A stretch of 32,366 bases of DNA, from contig JAFGOT010000004.1 of assembly GCA_016926395.1 (NCBI GenBank), positions 1-32,366 of the forward strand. Reading direction: 5' to 3'. Positions 1 through 10,648 of this stretch are shown here, piece after piece. Every line of letters starts with the position of its first letter. Position 1 is the stretch's first letter. The notes under the pieces were generated by a model. The model saw nothing but the letters and a program-made list of their open reading frames with translations, had not been told where the DNA came from and did no database searches. A program made the translations under genes and the position numbers. The DNA comes from Candidatus Woesearchaeota archaeon. Lineage in GTDB: Archaea > Nanobdellota > Nanobdellia > Woesearchaeales > SKGA01.

Positions 1-30
1 TTCAATTATTTCATATGCTTTATCAGACAT
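1..30 (-). CDS. N-terminus of a gene running off the left edge (MSDKAYEIIE...), possibly ribosomal protein L7Ae/eL8
   Basis: ATG at 30 with a strong SD (GAGGT, 38-42) 7 nt upstream. Only 10 codons are visible. The L7Ae guess rests on resemblance to archaeal L7Ae N-termini and the k-turn-like leader. Confidence 0.4.
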   Translation of the reverse strand, partial: MSDKAYEIIE

Positions 31-196
31 TTTCTTTACCTCATAGGCAGTTTATTTGTTTGAACCGTAGAAACAGAATGTTTCACAGCCCCTCAATCAA
101 GCGACGAGTCGCTTTCATCTTTCATAGGCAAGCTATGACAGCGTTCAGCAAGCTGAATACTGATATATTATAGGGGAAGAAGGTTTTATTTATAAA
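31..196 (-). promoter_or_regulatory. TATA box plus ~135-nt structured 5' leader
   Basis: TTTATAAA at 189-196; three hairpins (144-157, 122-138, 99-114); TGCCTATGA repeated at 122-130 and 41-49. Confidence 0.45.
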
Positions 197-216
197 TATA
201 TAGTAAAAAAATAGCA

Positions 217-1062
217 TTACAAAGATTCTAACAAACCAACCAATTCCTTTGAAGAAGGCCGTTTAGAGGGTTTTTTTGCAAGACAAGAAGCTATTATTTT
301 TCTATTTTTCTTCCACAAAGAAGACGTCTCATAAAAAACATCAAATTCTGAAGAAATAATGTTACGAAATGTGGCTCCCACAGAATAAATCTGGCTTTTT
401 TCAGTAATTAAACCCCCATAACAAACTTCGGGAGAATAATGCGAATACAAATTCCTATCAGAAATGTGATCTCCTCGAGAACGAAAATAAACAGGAACCA
501 AACAAGAATCAACTAAGACCACAGAATCAACTGTTTTTATGATGTTACCCTTATGAATATCTAAATTTATAAAATCATTATCAGATAATTCTTGGGAAGC
601 CAAAGCAATTTCATAAAAAGTTTTCTGAATATCTTCATTAGACTTATTGAATTTAAATACATCCAAATTTTGACCATCAATGAAAGGAATCAAACCATAA
701 AGAGTACGACTAAAACGATTTTCTAAAGGCTCATCAAAAATAGTTTCTAAATAAGAAGGATTAGCAACTCGTTTAAAGTTAGTCTTCGAAAATTTTTCAA
801 TCAACTTGAAAAAAGAATCATAAGATTCAAAACCAAAGTCAAAAAAGTGTTTGCCATCAAATTCTTTGCCAAACACAACAGGAATGTGTTTTTTTCCATC
901 AATTAAAAAAACAGGAATAGCGCTTGATTGCGTCTGATTAGATGTGGAGATTAAACGAGAATAGGAAGCAGAATAAAAGTCATCTTTCCAATCTAGGACG
1001 CCAATTATTTTATCTAAAGGAAAAGTGGAAGAATTCTTAATATCTAAAAAAGATGATTTCAT
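217..1062 (-). CDS. divergent Ser/Thr (Hanks-type-like) protein kinase
   Basis: Catalytic loop LDIHKGNII, VVLVDS (DFG equivalent), HYSPE (APE), KSQIYSVG (subdomain IX) and SCLAKKPSKRPS (XI). ATG 1062 is preferred because a start at 1140 leaves no room for the divergent promoter. Confidence 0.75.
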   Translation of the reverse strand: MKSSFLDIKNSSTFPLDKIIGVLDWKDDFYSASYSRLISTSNQTQSSAIPVFLIDGKKHIPVVFGKEFDGKHFFDFGFESYDSFFKLIEKFSKTNFKRVANPSYLETIFDEPLENRFSRTLYGLIPFIDGQNLDVFKFNKSNEDIQKTFYEIALASQELSDNDFINLDIHKGNIIKTVDSVVLVDSCLVPVYFRSRGDHISDRNLYSHYSPEVCYGGLITEKSQIYSVGATFRNIISSEFDVFYETSSLWKKNRKIIASCLAKKPSKRPSSKELVGLLESL

Positions 1063-1147
1063 AAAAGACCTAAATTTAAAGCAATTTAAAATGATTTCCC
1101 AACAAACAAGGAACAATTTATAAATAATTAACAGCCACAAATTAGTA

Positions 1148-2029
1148 ATGGCAGTTCATTGGATAATTCATGCAATAATTCTTATCGGACTTGGAATCGC
1201 AACAGTAACAGACATTAAAAAGCGAGAAGTTCCAGATACACTTAATTTTGGGTTGATAATTCTTGGAGTTGTTATTGGAATACTTGGAAGTGTTTTTTCT
1301 AAATCTTGGCAACCATGCATAACATCAATATTGGGTCTTGGAATTGGTTATGGTGTTGGCGCCTTAATGTTCTATACAGGACAATGGGGTGGAGGAGATG
1401 CAAAAATGCTTATGGGAATGGGAGCTATTCTTGGAACACAGTGGACAGAAATAATAAGTTTATTTAACGGAACACAAAACATTCCTTTCTTTTTCACAAC
1501 AATAATCACTATCTTTATTGCGGGAGGAATTTATGGTTTCGCTTATGCAATTTTCTTAATTATAAAAAATCGGAAAGAGTTTAAAATTGAATTTCGAAGA
1601 AAACGTGAAGAGAAAAATATGATTAAAGTAAGAAAAATAGTTCTTGGCGCAACGGCGTTAATTGTTTTAGGAATGTTACTAGTTGACGATAAATTCTTAA
1701 AAATGGCACTTGGAATAATTGCGGTTTTTGTATTTTTTGGTCAATATTTATTTATCATATCTAAAGTTGTTGAAAAAGTTTGCATGATAAAAACAGTCCC
1801 TATTAGAGCATTAACTGAAGGAGATTGGATTGTTGAAGATATAATAGTAAAAGGCAAAAGAATCTGCGGACCTAAAGATTTAGGAATAAGTCTTGAACAA
1901 ATCGAAGAACTGAAAAAAAACAAAATTAGAACAATAAAAATAAAAGAAGGTATTCCATTTATTCCTGGATTTCTATTGGGATATATTCTAATGGTTGTAT
2001 TTGGTAATTGGCTTGTATATTTTCTTTAA
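1148..2029 (+). CDS. A24-family prepilin/preflagellin peptidase (PibD/FlaK-like)
   Basis: Multiple TM helices; catalytic Asp motifs TDIKKREVPD and WGGGDAK; archaeal C-terminal domain ending in EGIPFIPGFLLG. Confidence 0.92.
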   Translation: MAVHWIIHAIILIGLGIATVTDIKKREVPDTLNFGLIILGVVIGILGSVFSKSWQPCITSILGLGIGYGVGALMFYTGQWGGGDAKMLMGMGAILGTQWTEIISLFNGTQNIPFFFTTIITIFIAGGIYGFAYAIFLIIKNRKEFKIEFRRKREEKNMIKVRKIVLGATALIVLGMLLVDDKFLKMALGIIAVFVFFGQYLFIISKVVEKVCMIKTVPIRALTEGDWIVEDIIVKGKRICGPKDLGISLEQIEELKKNKIRTIKIKEGIPFIPGFLLGYILMVVFGNWLVYFL

Positions 2030-2303
2030 ATTGCAATCTATCTTCTAAAGGTTGTTCTTTTGAACAAAGGTTAACTTCGACTGGTTCATTTGTTAAATTA
2101 TCGTTTGCTAAAAATCGAGAATTTTTTGAATCATAAATAACAATAGAACCATAAACTCTTTTTGAATAAACATTTTGATTTGGACGAGATGCTTGATAAA
2201 TAAAGAAACTTGACAGAACAAAAGAAGACGCAATTATTGAAGTTAATATTTGTTTTTTTACTTGAGATTGTTTTTTTGAAGAATACAAATAGTTTTTTTC
2301 CAT
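1959..2303 (-). CDS. hypothetical single-TM protein
   Basis: 114-aa ORF with a basic N-terminus and one hydrophobic helix (ILTSIIASSFVLSSFFIY). Starts 2 nt after the upstream stop; overlaps the peptidase 3' end by 71 bp. Confidence 0.6.
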   Translation of the reverse strand: MEKNYLYSSKKQSQVKKQILTSIIASSFVLSSFFIYQASRPNQNVYSKRVYGSIVIYDSKNSRFLANDNLTNEPVEVNLCSKEQPLEDRLQFKENIQANYQIQPLEYIPIEIQE

Positions 2304-2305
2304 TT

Positions 2306-3025
2306 TTAATCACCTTTTAATTTATTATTTTCATTAACTAAATTTTGAACTAAATCATATTCATATTTTAAGAGAAGATTTCTATCATAAACAAATTGAT
2401 TCATTTTCTTTTCTAAAGGAATAGAAGGATTCTCATAAATATCTTTGTCAATAGTAGTATACATTCTTTTTTCTTTTGGAAAAACAGAATGACCAACATA
2501 CATGCCACCAACAAGAAGAAAACCATAAATTAAATTTTTATAATTAAAATTGAATCGAGAAGTTTTTCTATTATTTCGTTTGATTTTAGAGTATAATTTT
2601 GATCTGATTTTTTCTTTTAAATAATCAACATCAACATCTGAATCAATAAATGCATTAGCCAAAGTAATGAATTCCAAGTCAGATTCAACTTCAACAATTT
2701 TCCTAGAATTAGATCCTGCATAATCATTTACTGAATTTTTAATTTGTTGAATTATTGAGTTAATATCTTGAGAAAGAGAAATATCTTTTTTTAAAATTTC
2801 AGAATTTATATAATTAAGAGGATTTTGCGAATATAGCCTAACTAAAGCAGAATCAGAAGAGAAGTCTTGCACTCTCTGTTTAATAACAGTATATTGTGCA
2901 AGGTCAGATAATGTTTTTGTTTTGTCTTTACTTCTTAGACTAAAAGAAGAAACAAAAGACAAATCTTTTGGCAATCTCAAATTGAGATAGCTTTCAAATA
3001 AATCTGGATTGACCATGTTTATCAC
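2306..3025 (-). CDS. hypothetical protein with one TM helix near the C-terminus
   Basis: 239-aa ORF with hydrophobic segment LIYGFLLVGGMYVGHSVF; no family recognised. Confidence 0.7.
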   Translation of the reverse strand: MINMVNPDLFESYLNLRLPKDLSFVSSFSLRSKDKTKTLSDLAQYTVIKQRVQDFSSDSALVRLYSQNPLNYINSEILKKDISLSQDINSIIQQIKNSVNDYAGSNSRKIVEVESDLEFITLANAFIDSDVDVDYLKEKIRSKLYSKIKRNNRKTSRFNFNYKNLIYGFLLVGGMYVGHSVFPKEKRMYTTIDKDIYENPSIPLEKKMNQFVYDRNLLLKYEYDLVQNLVNENNKLKGD

Positions 3026-3120
3026 AACTATGAATAACTACAACAATCCAATTTATAATTAAGTCAATAAAAACCGAAAAGTCTACGATAAAAGATAACA
3101 ATACAGAAATACAACTTAAA

Positions 3121-3603
3121 TTAAGGCGTTCTATTAAGTTTTTTAAGAAGATAATTGTCTTTTTTTTCACCCGACTCATTTGGTGATTCTTGCTTAATAA
3201 CTTGAGGAGCAGAAGAGGATTTAGTAGCAACTTGATCAGGATTTTGTTTTTGCCACATAAGAATATCAATTTCGTCTTTTATAGATTTAGCAACAGAATC
3301 AAGTTCGATTGGGTCTCCTCTTATCGGTTGCCACAAGAAATCAAGACCGTCATTTTGCATTCTCGCTAAGATATCAGCATATAAAGAATCGTCTTTTTCC
3401 TGAATAATAATATTAGTACCATGAGCACCTATAAGTTCAAAAAGAGCAGTCGCACATTGAGATGTAGCAGAGAAAAAAGCCAAAGTCTCCACATCATTAC
3501 AAAGTCCTAGAGATTTAGAATTCTTCACAACAAGATGACCTTTAACAGAAGGTGTTTCGCTTAATTCAACAGTCAAATAATCATGTTTAAACAATTCACT
3601 CAT
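3121..3603 (-). CDS. degenerate HIT-fold protein (histidine triad absent)
   Basis: PSVKGHLVV and GAHGTNIII match HIT core strands; the triad region reads SLYADILAR. ATG 3603 overlaps the upstream stop. Confidence 0.7.
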   Translation of the reverse strand: MSELFKHDYLTVELSETPSVKGHLVVKNSKSLGLCNDVETLAFFSATSQCATALFELIGAHGTNIIIQEKDDSLYADILARMQNDGLDFLWQPIRGDPIELDSVAKSIKDEIDILMWQKQNPDQVATKSSSAPQVIKQESPNESGEKKDNYLLKKLNRTP

Positions 3604-4669
3604 CAACGTCACCCCCGCGTTCTTTTAATTTTTCAGATAACAAATGAATATTAACATCAACAAAAAGTTCTTTTACATCAGGCCTATTTTTTAATAATTC
3701 GATAAAATAATCAGGATCACTAATAAGAAGTTGTTTTGCTTTAGGTTTTGAGTTAAAATATTCAAAAACAGCAGCTCTTTGTTTTAAAGGATCTTCACCT
3801 AAAAAAACTTCAGGTTTAAGTTCATTTGACTGTGAAGAAGAACTATCCGAAGATTCCAGATTTTGATTGGTTATTTTTTCTTCTTTAGCATCATCTTCTT
3901 TAACAACAGCTACTTCCTTAAATGAAGAACTTAACTGTTTTGATAAAGTTTCAATATCAATACCATTGAATAATTCTTCAAGTTTTGGATTGCCTTTAAG
4001 CTGCTCTTTAAATGAAATAGGATCTTCAATTAAAGCTAATCTTACATCATCGTGTTCTTCTAATATTTGAGCAATTAGTTCTTGTTTCTTAGCCATTAAA
4101 TCAACAAGATCTTTTGCATCTTTAGGACTTTCTTTGGATTTAGAGGAATCATTTTTTGAGGATGAATTTGAAGAAGGCAATATTTTTGAAAGCATGATGT
4201 TTAAATTATTTTTTAGTGGAGCCTCAATAGATTTTTGTTCACCTTTCATCGCAGGATTTTCTTGAAGATTAAAATTAGTCAGAACATCACCTTTATCTCT
4301 TGGAAAAATATGAAACAAAAAGTGAGGAGATTGTTGACCTGCAACAGCACCATTCGCAATAAAAATAGTGGTTTCGTTGACAAGCATTGCTTTTCTAATA
4401 CCATGAGCAATTATTTTGGTAGCTAGAAATATTTTATCAAAAATTTTTGGCGGAATAAGGGGAAGGATTGGAAAATGTTCTTTAGGCATAACTAAAACAT
4501 GACCTTTTCTTGCAGGATTAATATCCAAAATTGCAACTACATTATCATCTTCGTAAACTTTTTTTGAAGGAATTTCTCCTCTAATGATTTTACAAAAAAT
4601 ACAGTTATCTTTTTGAAGCTGTGCAATCTCTTCAGGAGACATTTTTTCCAGCTCTTCTTGGGTAACCAT
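3596..4669 (-). CDS. HIT-family protein with altered triad and long C-terminal extension
   Basis: CIFCKIIRGEIPSKKVYEDD, DINPARKGHVLVMPKEH, GQQSPHFLFHIFPR; two ~52-aa internal repeats in the tail; likely start MVTQEE at 4669. Confidence 0.9.
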   Translation of the reverse strand: MVTQEELEKMSPEEIAQLQKDNCIFCKIIRGEIPSKKVYEDDNVVAILDINPARKGHVLVMPKEHFPILPLIPPKIFDKIFLATKIIAHGIRKAMLVNETTIFIANGAVAGQQSPHFLFHIFPRDKGDVLTNFNLQENPAMKGEQKSIEAPLKNNLNIMLSKILPSSNSSSKNDSSKSKESPKDAKDLVDLMAKKQELIAQILEEHDDVRLALIEDPISFKEQLKGNPKLEELFNGIDIETLSKQLSSSFKEVAVVKEDDAKEEKITNQNLESSDSSSSQSNELKPEVFLGEDPLKQRAAVFEYFNSKPKAKQLLISDPDYFIELLKNRPDVKELFVDVNIHLLSEKLKERGGDVDE

Positions 4670-4914
4670 ACAGTTAGATATAACAAAGATGAACATTTAT
4701 AAAGGTTTTGTAGATAATTAATAATCATTAGAAATGAAGCTTAATTTAAGAGCTCCGAAAAGGGTGGAAGAAGGCCTTTAAAACGGGTTATTTTCGGCTG
4801 TTTTCGTAACGTTTAAATAAGGTAAAAACTTCCAAAAAAGTAGTAAAACAAATATAAAAAAACGATGAAAAAATATCAAATTCTAAATAAAAATTATAAA
4901 AACAGTGTGCGTGA

Positions 4915-6846
<1,932 letters not shown>

Positions 6847-6958
6847 ATTTTATTTTTTTATTTTCAACTTATTAGCGCCAAGAAAAAAATGTCGTTCTTG
6901 GTGTTTAACCATTTTTTACAAAAGTATTTAATTGGAAAGAACCAGAGTTAATCTTAAA

Positions 6959-7558
6959 ATGTCAAAAGGAAGAGATTTTATCAAATCAAACTTATTTACA
7001 GGATTTGTAGCACTATTACCATTAGCACTATTAATTTTAGTTCTGGGTTGGCTTTATGGAATAATAGCAAGAATAATTTTTCCAATAGCACAATTTTATG
7101 GAACGCCTGGTTTTGTAACAAACATACTAGCACTAATTTCTCTATTAGTCATAATTTTTCTAATAGGATTGGCTGTTAGAACAGGCCCGGGAAGATGGTT
7201 TGCGCAAAGAAGCGATAAATATGTACTAGACAAAATACCAGGATATAAAATAATAAAAGATATTATAAAACCATTCGCAGGCAAAGGATATCAAAAATCA
7301 TTTCAATCAGTGGCACTTGTAAATTTATATGAAAACTCAGTTTTAGTAACAGCTTTTGTAACGGACAAATCAGAAAAGAAAGGATACACAACTGTTTTTG
7401 TTCCAACAGGTCCAAATCCTACAAGTGGACAAATAGTACATCTAAAAGACAAATATGTACATCATGTTGATGTTCCAGTTGAAAGTGTTTTAAAATCAAT
7501 TATTGCAGTAGGAAGTGGGAGTAAAAGGATTTTGGAAAAATGTCCAAAAATCAAATAA
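6959..7558 (+). CDS. DUF502-family membrane protein
   Basis: Two N-terminal TM helices; LDKIPGYKII and TVFVPTGPNPTSG motifs. Start is ATG 6959 (alternative TTG 6932). Confidence 0.85.
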   Translation: MSKGRDFIKSNLFTGFVALLPLALLILVLGWLYGIIARIIFPIAQFYGTPGFVTNILALISLLVIIFLIGLAVRTGPGRWFAQRSDKYVLDKIPGYKIIKDIIKPFAGKGYQKSFQSVALVNLYENSVLVTAFVTDKSEKKGYTTVFVPTGPNPTSGQIVHLKDKYVHHVDVPVESVLKSIIAVGSGSKRILEKCPKIK

Positions 7559-7650
7559 ATTCTCAAACATCTAAAAAAATCCTTTTTAAATAAAGAAAAA
7601 AAGTAATTTAAGCCTAATATTTATAAAATAACAACTCTTCTTAGAGAATA

Positions 7651-9051
7651 ATGGTACTAGATAAGCTTGGAGAAAGCATTAGAAACAGCCTTAATAAACT
7701 TGGGAAAAGCGGGTTTATTGACGAAAAAGCAGTTAATGAACTAGTTAAGGACATACAAAGAGCTCTTCTTCAATCAGATGTAAATGTAAAACTTGTTTTT
7801 AATATAGGTAAAAACATCAAAGAAAGAGCACTAAATGAAAAAGTACCTGTAAAACTTTCTAGAAAAGAATTCATAATAAATATTGTTTACGAAGAATTAG
7901 TTGCGCTTGTAGGAAAAGGAAAATCAACAATAAATGTTGATAGTAAAATGCGTAACAACAAACTTGTTGGCACCGATAAATCGGAACCATTTACAATAAT
8001 GCTTGTTGGATTGTTTGGAAATGGTAAAACCACCCTAGCAGGAAAACTTGGAAACTATTTTAAAAAACGTGGTAAAAAAATCGCATTATTATCAACAGAT
8101 ACTTGGCGACCAGCTGCATTCGAACAACTTAAACAACTTGGAAAATCAATTAACGTTCCAGTTTATGGAAAGCCCGAACTTGGTAATCCAGTAAAAATCT
8201 ATAATGAGTTCAAAAAAGAACTTGAAACATTTGATATCGTAGTGGTTGATACTGCAGGACGAGACGCACTTAATGACGAACTAATTGAAGAGTTAAATGA
8301 AATTAATAGTGCAGTTAATGCAGATGAAACATTACTAGTTCTAAATGCAGACATAGGACAATCAGCTCAAAAACAAGCACAAGCATTTCATGATACTTGC
8401 AACGTAACAGGAGTTGTTATTACAAAACTTGATGGTACTGCAAGAGGTGGGGGAGCACTAGTTGCGTGTGCGGTTACAGGAACACCTATTAAGTTTATTG
8501 GCGTTGGTGAAAAAATTGACGCACTTGAAAGTTTTAGACCAGAAGGATTTATTGGTCGACTTCTTGGAATGGGAGATTTAGAAGCACTTCTAGAAAAAGC
8601 TCAAGAAGCAATGAGCGAAGAAGAAGCACAAGACATGGGAAAAAAATTCTTGAAAGGAGAATTTAATTTAATCGATCTTTACGAGCAAATGAAATCCATG
8701 AAAAAAATGGGCAGCCTCTCTAAACTTGTTGGAATGATTCCTGGAATGGGAAATATGAATATTCCAAAAGATATGCTCGAAGGCCAAGAGAAAAAAATGG
8801 ATGCATGGAAAATAATAATGAACTCCATGACAAAAGAAGAGCTTGAAGATCCCGAAATTATTCGAGGAACAAGACTGGATAGAATTGCAGAAGGATCAGG
8901 CCAAGATTTAGGAGACTTAAGACTGCTAATCAAACAATACAAACAATCTAAAAAAATGATGAAGATGATGAAAGGTATGAATGGTAGCGATAAAGATATG
9001 CAAAAGATGATGCAGAAAATGCAAAGTGGCAACAAAAAACTAAAATTCTAG
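7651..9051 (+). CDS. srp54: signal recognition particle protein SRP54
   Basis: ALLQSDVNV, GLFGNGKTT, DTWRPAAFEQL, DTAGR, TKLDGTARGGG, GVGEK, RLLGMGDL; Met-rich M domain. Confidence 0.97.
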   Translation: MVLDKLGESIRNSLNKLGKSGFIDEKAVNELVKDIQRALLQSDVNVKLVFNIGKNIKERALNEKVPVKLSRKEFIINIVYEELVALVGKGKSTINVDSKMRNNKLVGTDKSEPFTIMLVGLFGNGKTTLAGKLGNYFKKRGKKIALLSTDTWRPAAFEQLKQLGKSINVPVYGKPELGNPVKIYNEFKKELETFDIVVVDTAGRDALNDELIEELNEINSAVNADETLLVLNADIGQSAQKQAQAFHDTCNVTGVVITKLDGTARGGGALVACAVTGTPIKFIGVGEKIDALESFRPEGFIGRLLGMGDLEALLEKAQEAMSEEEAQDMGKKFLKGEFNLIDLYEQMKSMKKMGSLSKLVGMIPGMGNMNIPKDMLEGQEKKMDAWKIIMNSMTKEELEDPEIIRGTRLDRIAEGSGQDLGDLRLLIKQYKQSKKMMKMMKGMNGSDKDMQKMMQKMQSGNKKLKF

Positions 9052-9065
9052 TTAAATAACAAAAA

Positions 9066-9854
9066 CTATTTCTCAAATTTTAAACTAACCTTTTTAGCAA
9101 ACCTTGCTAACTGAACTAAATCACCATAACGAGAACGCTTTGGATCACTTGCAAAATAAGGATGTTTTTTCTCCATGTAAATTGCAACACCAGCATTAGG
9201 AACAAAAGAAATTTCGCTTAAATCATGTTGCCAAGCATCAACTAGAATAGAACTATAAATTTTATTTTTTAAAGTATCACCAAAAGGAGTTGGAAAACCG
9301 ACAAAAGAAATATCTCTAGATAAGTTCCAATCTAAACAATGAGAAAATGTATTTAGATTAGGTTTATCAGAAATAATACCTACAGTCTTTTTTCTTGAAC
9401 CTGATAAAATTGATTCAATATCCTCTTTTGCAAAATATGCAGCTGAAAGATGATCGACAGATTTATCTTCAACAAGGACATTAGATTCAGGAATTTTGTA
9501 TATTGATTCTCTTGCATCGTTGGAATTTGCTAACCACATTAGGTGACCTTTAGCAAGATGAGATTCTACAAACAAAGGAGCATCATCTAAAATATAATGG
9601 TTACCTGTTAAAATAATCGGAACAGTAACTGGAAGAAGAGATGCAAAATAAGTTACTCTTTCCAAATCACCACCAGGAATAACAACTAAATCAACAGATT
9701 TTAGGTCTTTAGAATGATTGTTTGAAATAATCGTTCGTGGAAACTTATTGTAGGATAACATTTTGAAAAAAGAAGGGTTGTCCGGGTTTAAAGGTGTTGC
9801 GTGAAAAGGGTGTGTGAGGTGTGATTTTGGAAGCGTTATAAGAAACGTTCGCAA
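9066..9854 (-). CDS. hypothetical protein
   Basis: 262-aa ORF with TTG start and an upstream TATA-like TTTATATA (9908-9915); no family confidently recognised. Confidence 0.65.
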   Translation of the reverse strand: MRTFLITLPKSHLTHPFHATPLNPDNPSFFKMLSYNKFPRTIISNNHSKDLKSVDLVVIPGGDLERVTYFASLLPVTVPIILTGNHYILDDAPLFVESHLAKGHLMWLANSNDARESIYKIPESNVLVEDKSVDHLSAAYFAKEDIESILSGSRKKTVGIISDKPNLNTFSHCLDWNLSRDISFVGFPTPFGDTLKNKIYSSILVDAWQHDLSEISFVPNAGVAIYMEKKHPYFASDPKRSRYGDLVQLARFAKKVSLKFEK

Positions 9855-10004
9855 CCCGGATTCCCCTTACGAGCATAAGCTCTTATGTTACTGTATAGTA
9901 GTACTGATATATAAATATTTCGTTTTTGTGGTTACTGTTAAGTAGTAAAAATATTTGGTTTTTGCAAAAATTGTCAAAAAAAGTAACTTTTGAGTTAAAA
10001 ACAA

Positions 10005-10364
10005 TTATTGATGTAATAAACACACGCCTGCAGAAAACTCAACGCCAGAAGAGTCACAAAAAGACAAAATCTCATCATTAAAACTACCTGGTTGAAACCA
10101 AAATTTTTTGAAGCCCAAAGAAACAGCATTCTTAACAATTTCGAAAGTTACACTTGGTGGAACAACAAAAGCCAGAACAGTAGAATTATCCAAATCATTG
10201 ATTGAATGAATAACAGGTAAATCTAAAATAAAATCTTCATTTGGATTAACGGGAATAACATCTACACCAATTTGTTTTAAATGCTGAAGAATTTTAAAAC
10301 CATATTTATCAGAATTCTTACTAGCACCAATAACAGCATGTTTTAAAGATACATCAAAATCCAT
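10005..10364 (-). CDS. CoA-binding (YccU-like) protein
   Basis: AVIGASKNSDKYG, VIPVNP, FVVPP, FWFQPG, CLL; probable start ATG 10364. Confidence 0.9.
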   Translation of the reverse strand: MDFDVSLKHAVIGASKNSDKYGFKILQHLKQIGVDVIPVNPNEDFILDLPVIHSINDLDNSTVLAFVVPPSVTFEIVKNAVSLGFKKFWFQPGSFNDEILSFCDSSGVEFSAGVCLLHQ

Positions 10365-10406
10365 AAAGATATCACAACAACAAGCGTTTATAATATTTTG
10401 CAAAGA

Positions 10407-10583
10407 TTACTCTTCATAAAAAGTTGAACAAACTCTAGTGCATTTTCCACAATCAACACATTTTTCATTGTCAACAATAGGAACGCCATAACCCACTTGA
10501 GAAATTGCACCAACAGGGCAAACTCTAACAACAGGACAAGGGTGATTAGCAGGACAAAATGAAGGATTAATTTTTATTACCAT
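10407..10583 (-). CDS. small 4Fe-4S dicluster ferredoxin (58 aa, not in the ORF track)
   Basis: Hand translation: MVIKINPSFCPANHPCPVVRVCPVGAISQVGYGVPIVDNEKCVDCGKCTRVCSTFYEE; CxxCxxCxxxC motif plus three further Cys. Confidence 0.9.
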   Translation of the reverse strand: MVIKINPSFCPANHPCPVVRVCPVGAISQVGYGVPIVDNEKCVDCGKCTRVCSTFYEE

Positions 10584-10648
10584 GACAAAAAGAAATACAA
10601 ATACAATTTAAAAAAGAAAAGTTGAAGTGCAAAAAAATGCACAACTAA

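Noticed and set aside
4755-4797. CCGAAAA...TTTTCGG inverted repeat upstream of gyrB, considered as an origin or ORB site
   Set aside because: No ORB consensus, no repeated boxes, and no cdc6/orc1 in the window.
9066-9854. DLVVIPGG suggesting a DJ-1/glutamine amidotransferase fold
   Set aside because: A single short motif with no nucleophile-elbow Cys; left as hypothetical.
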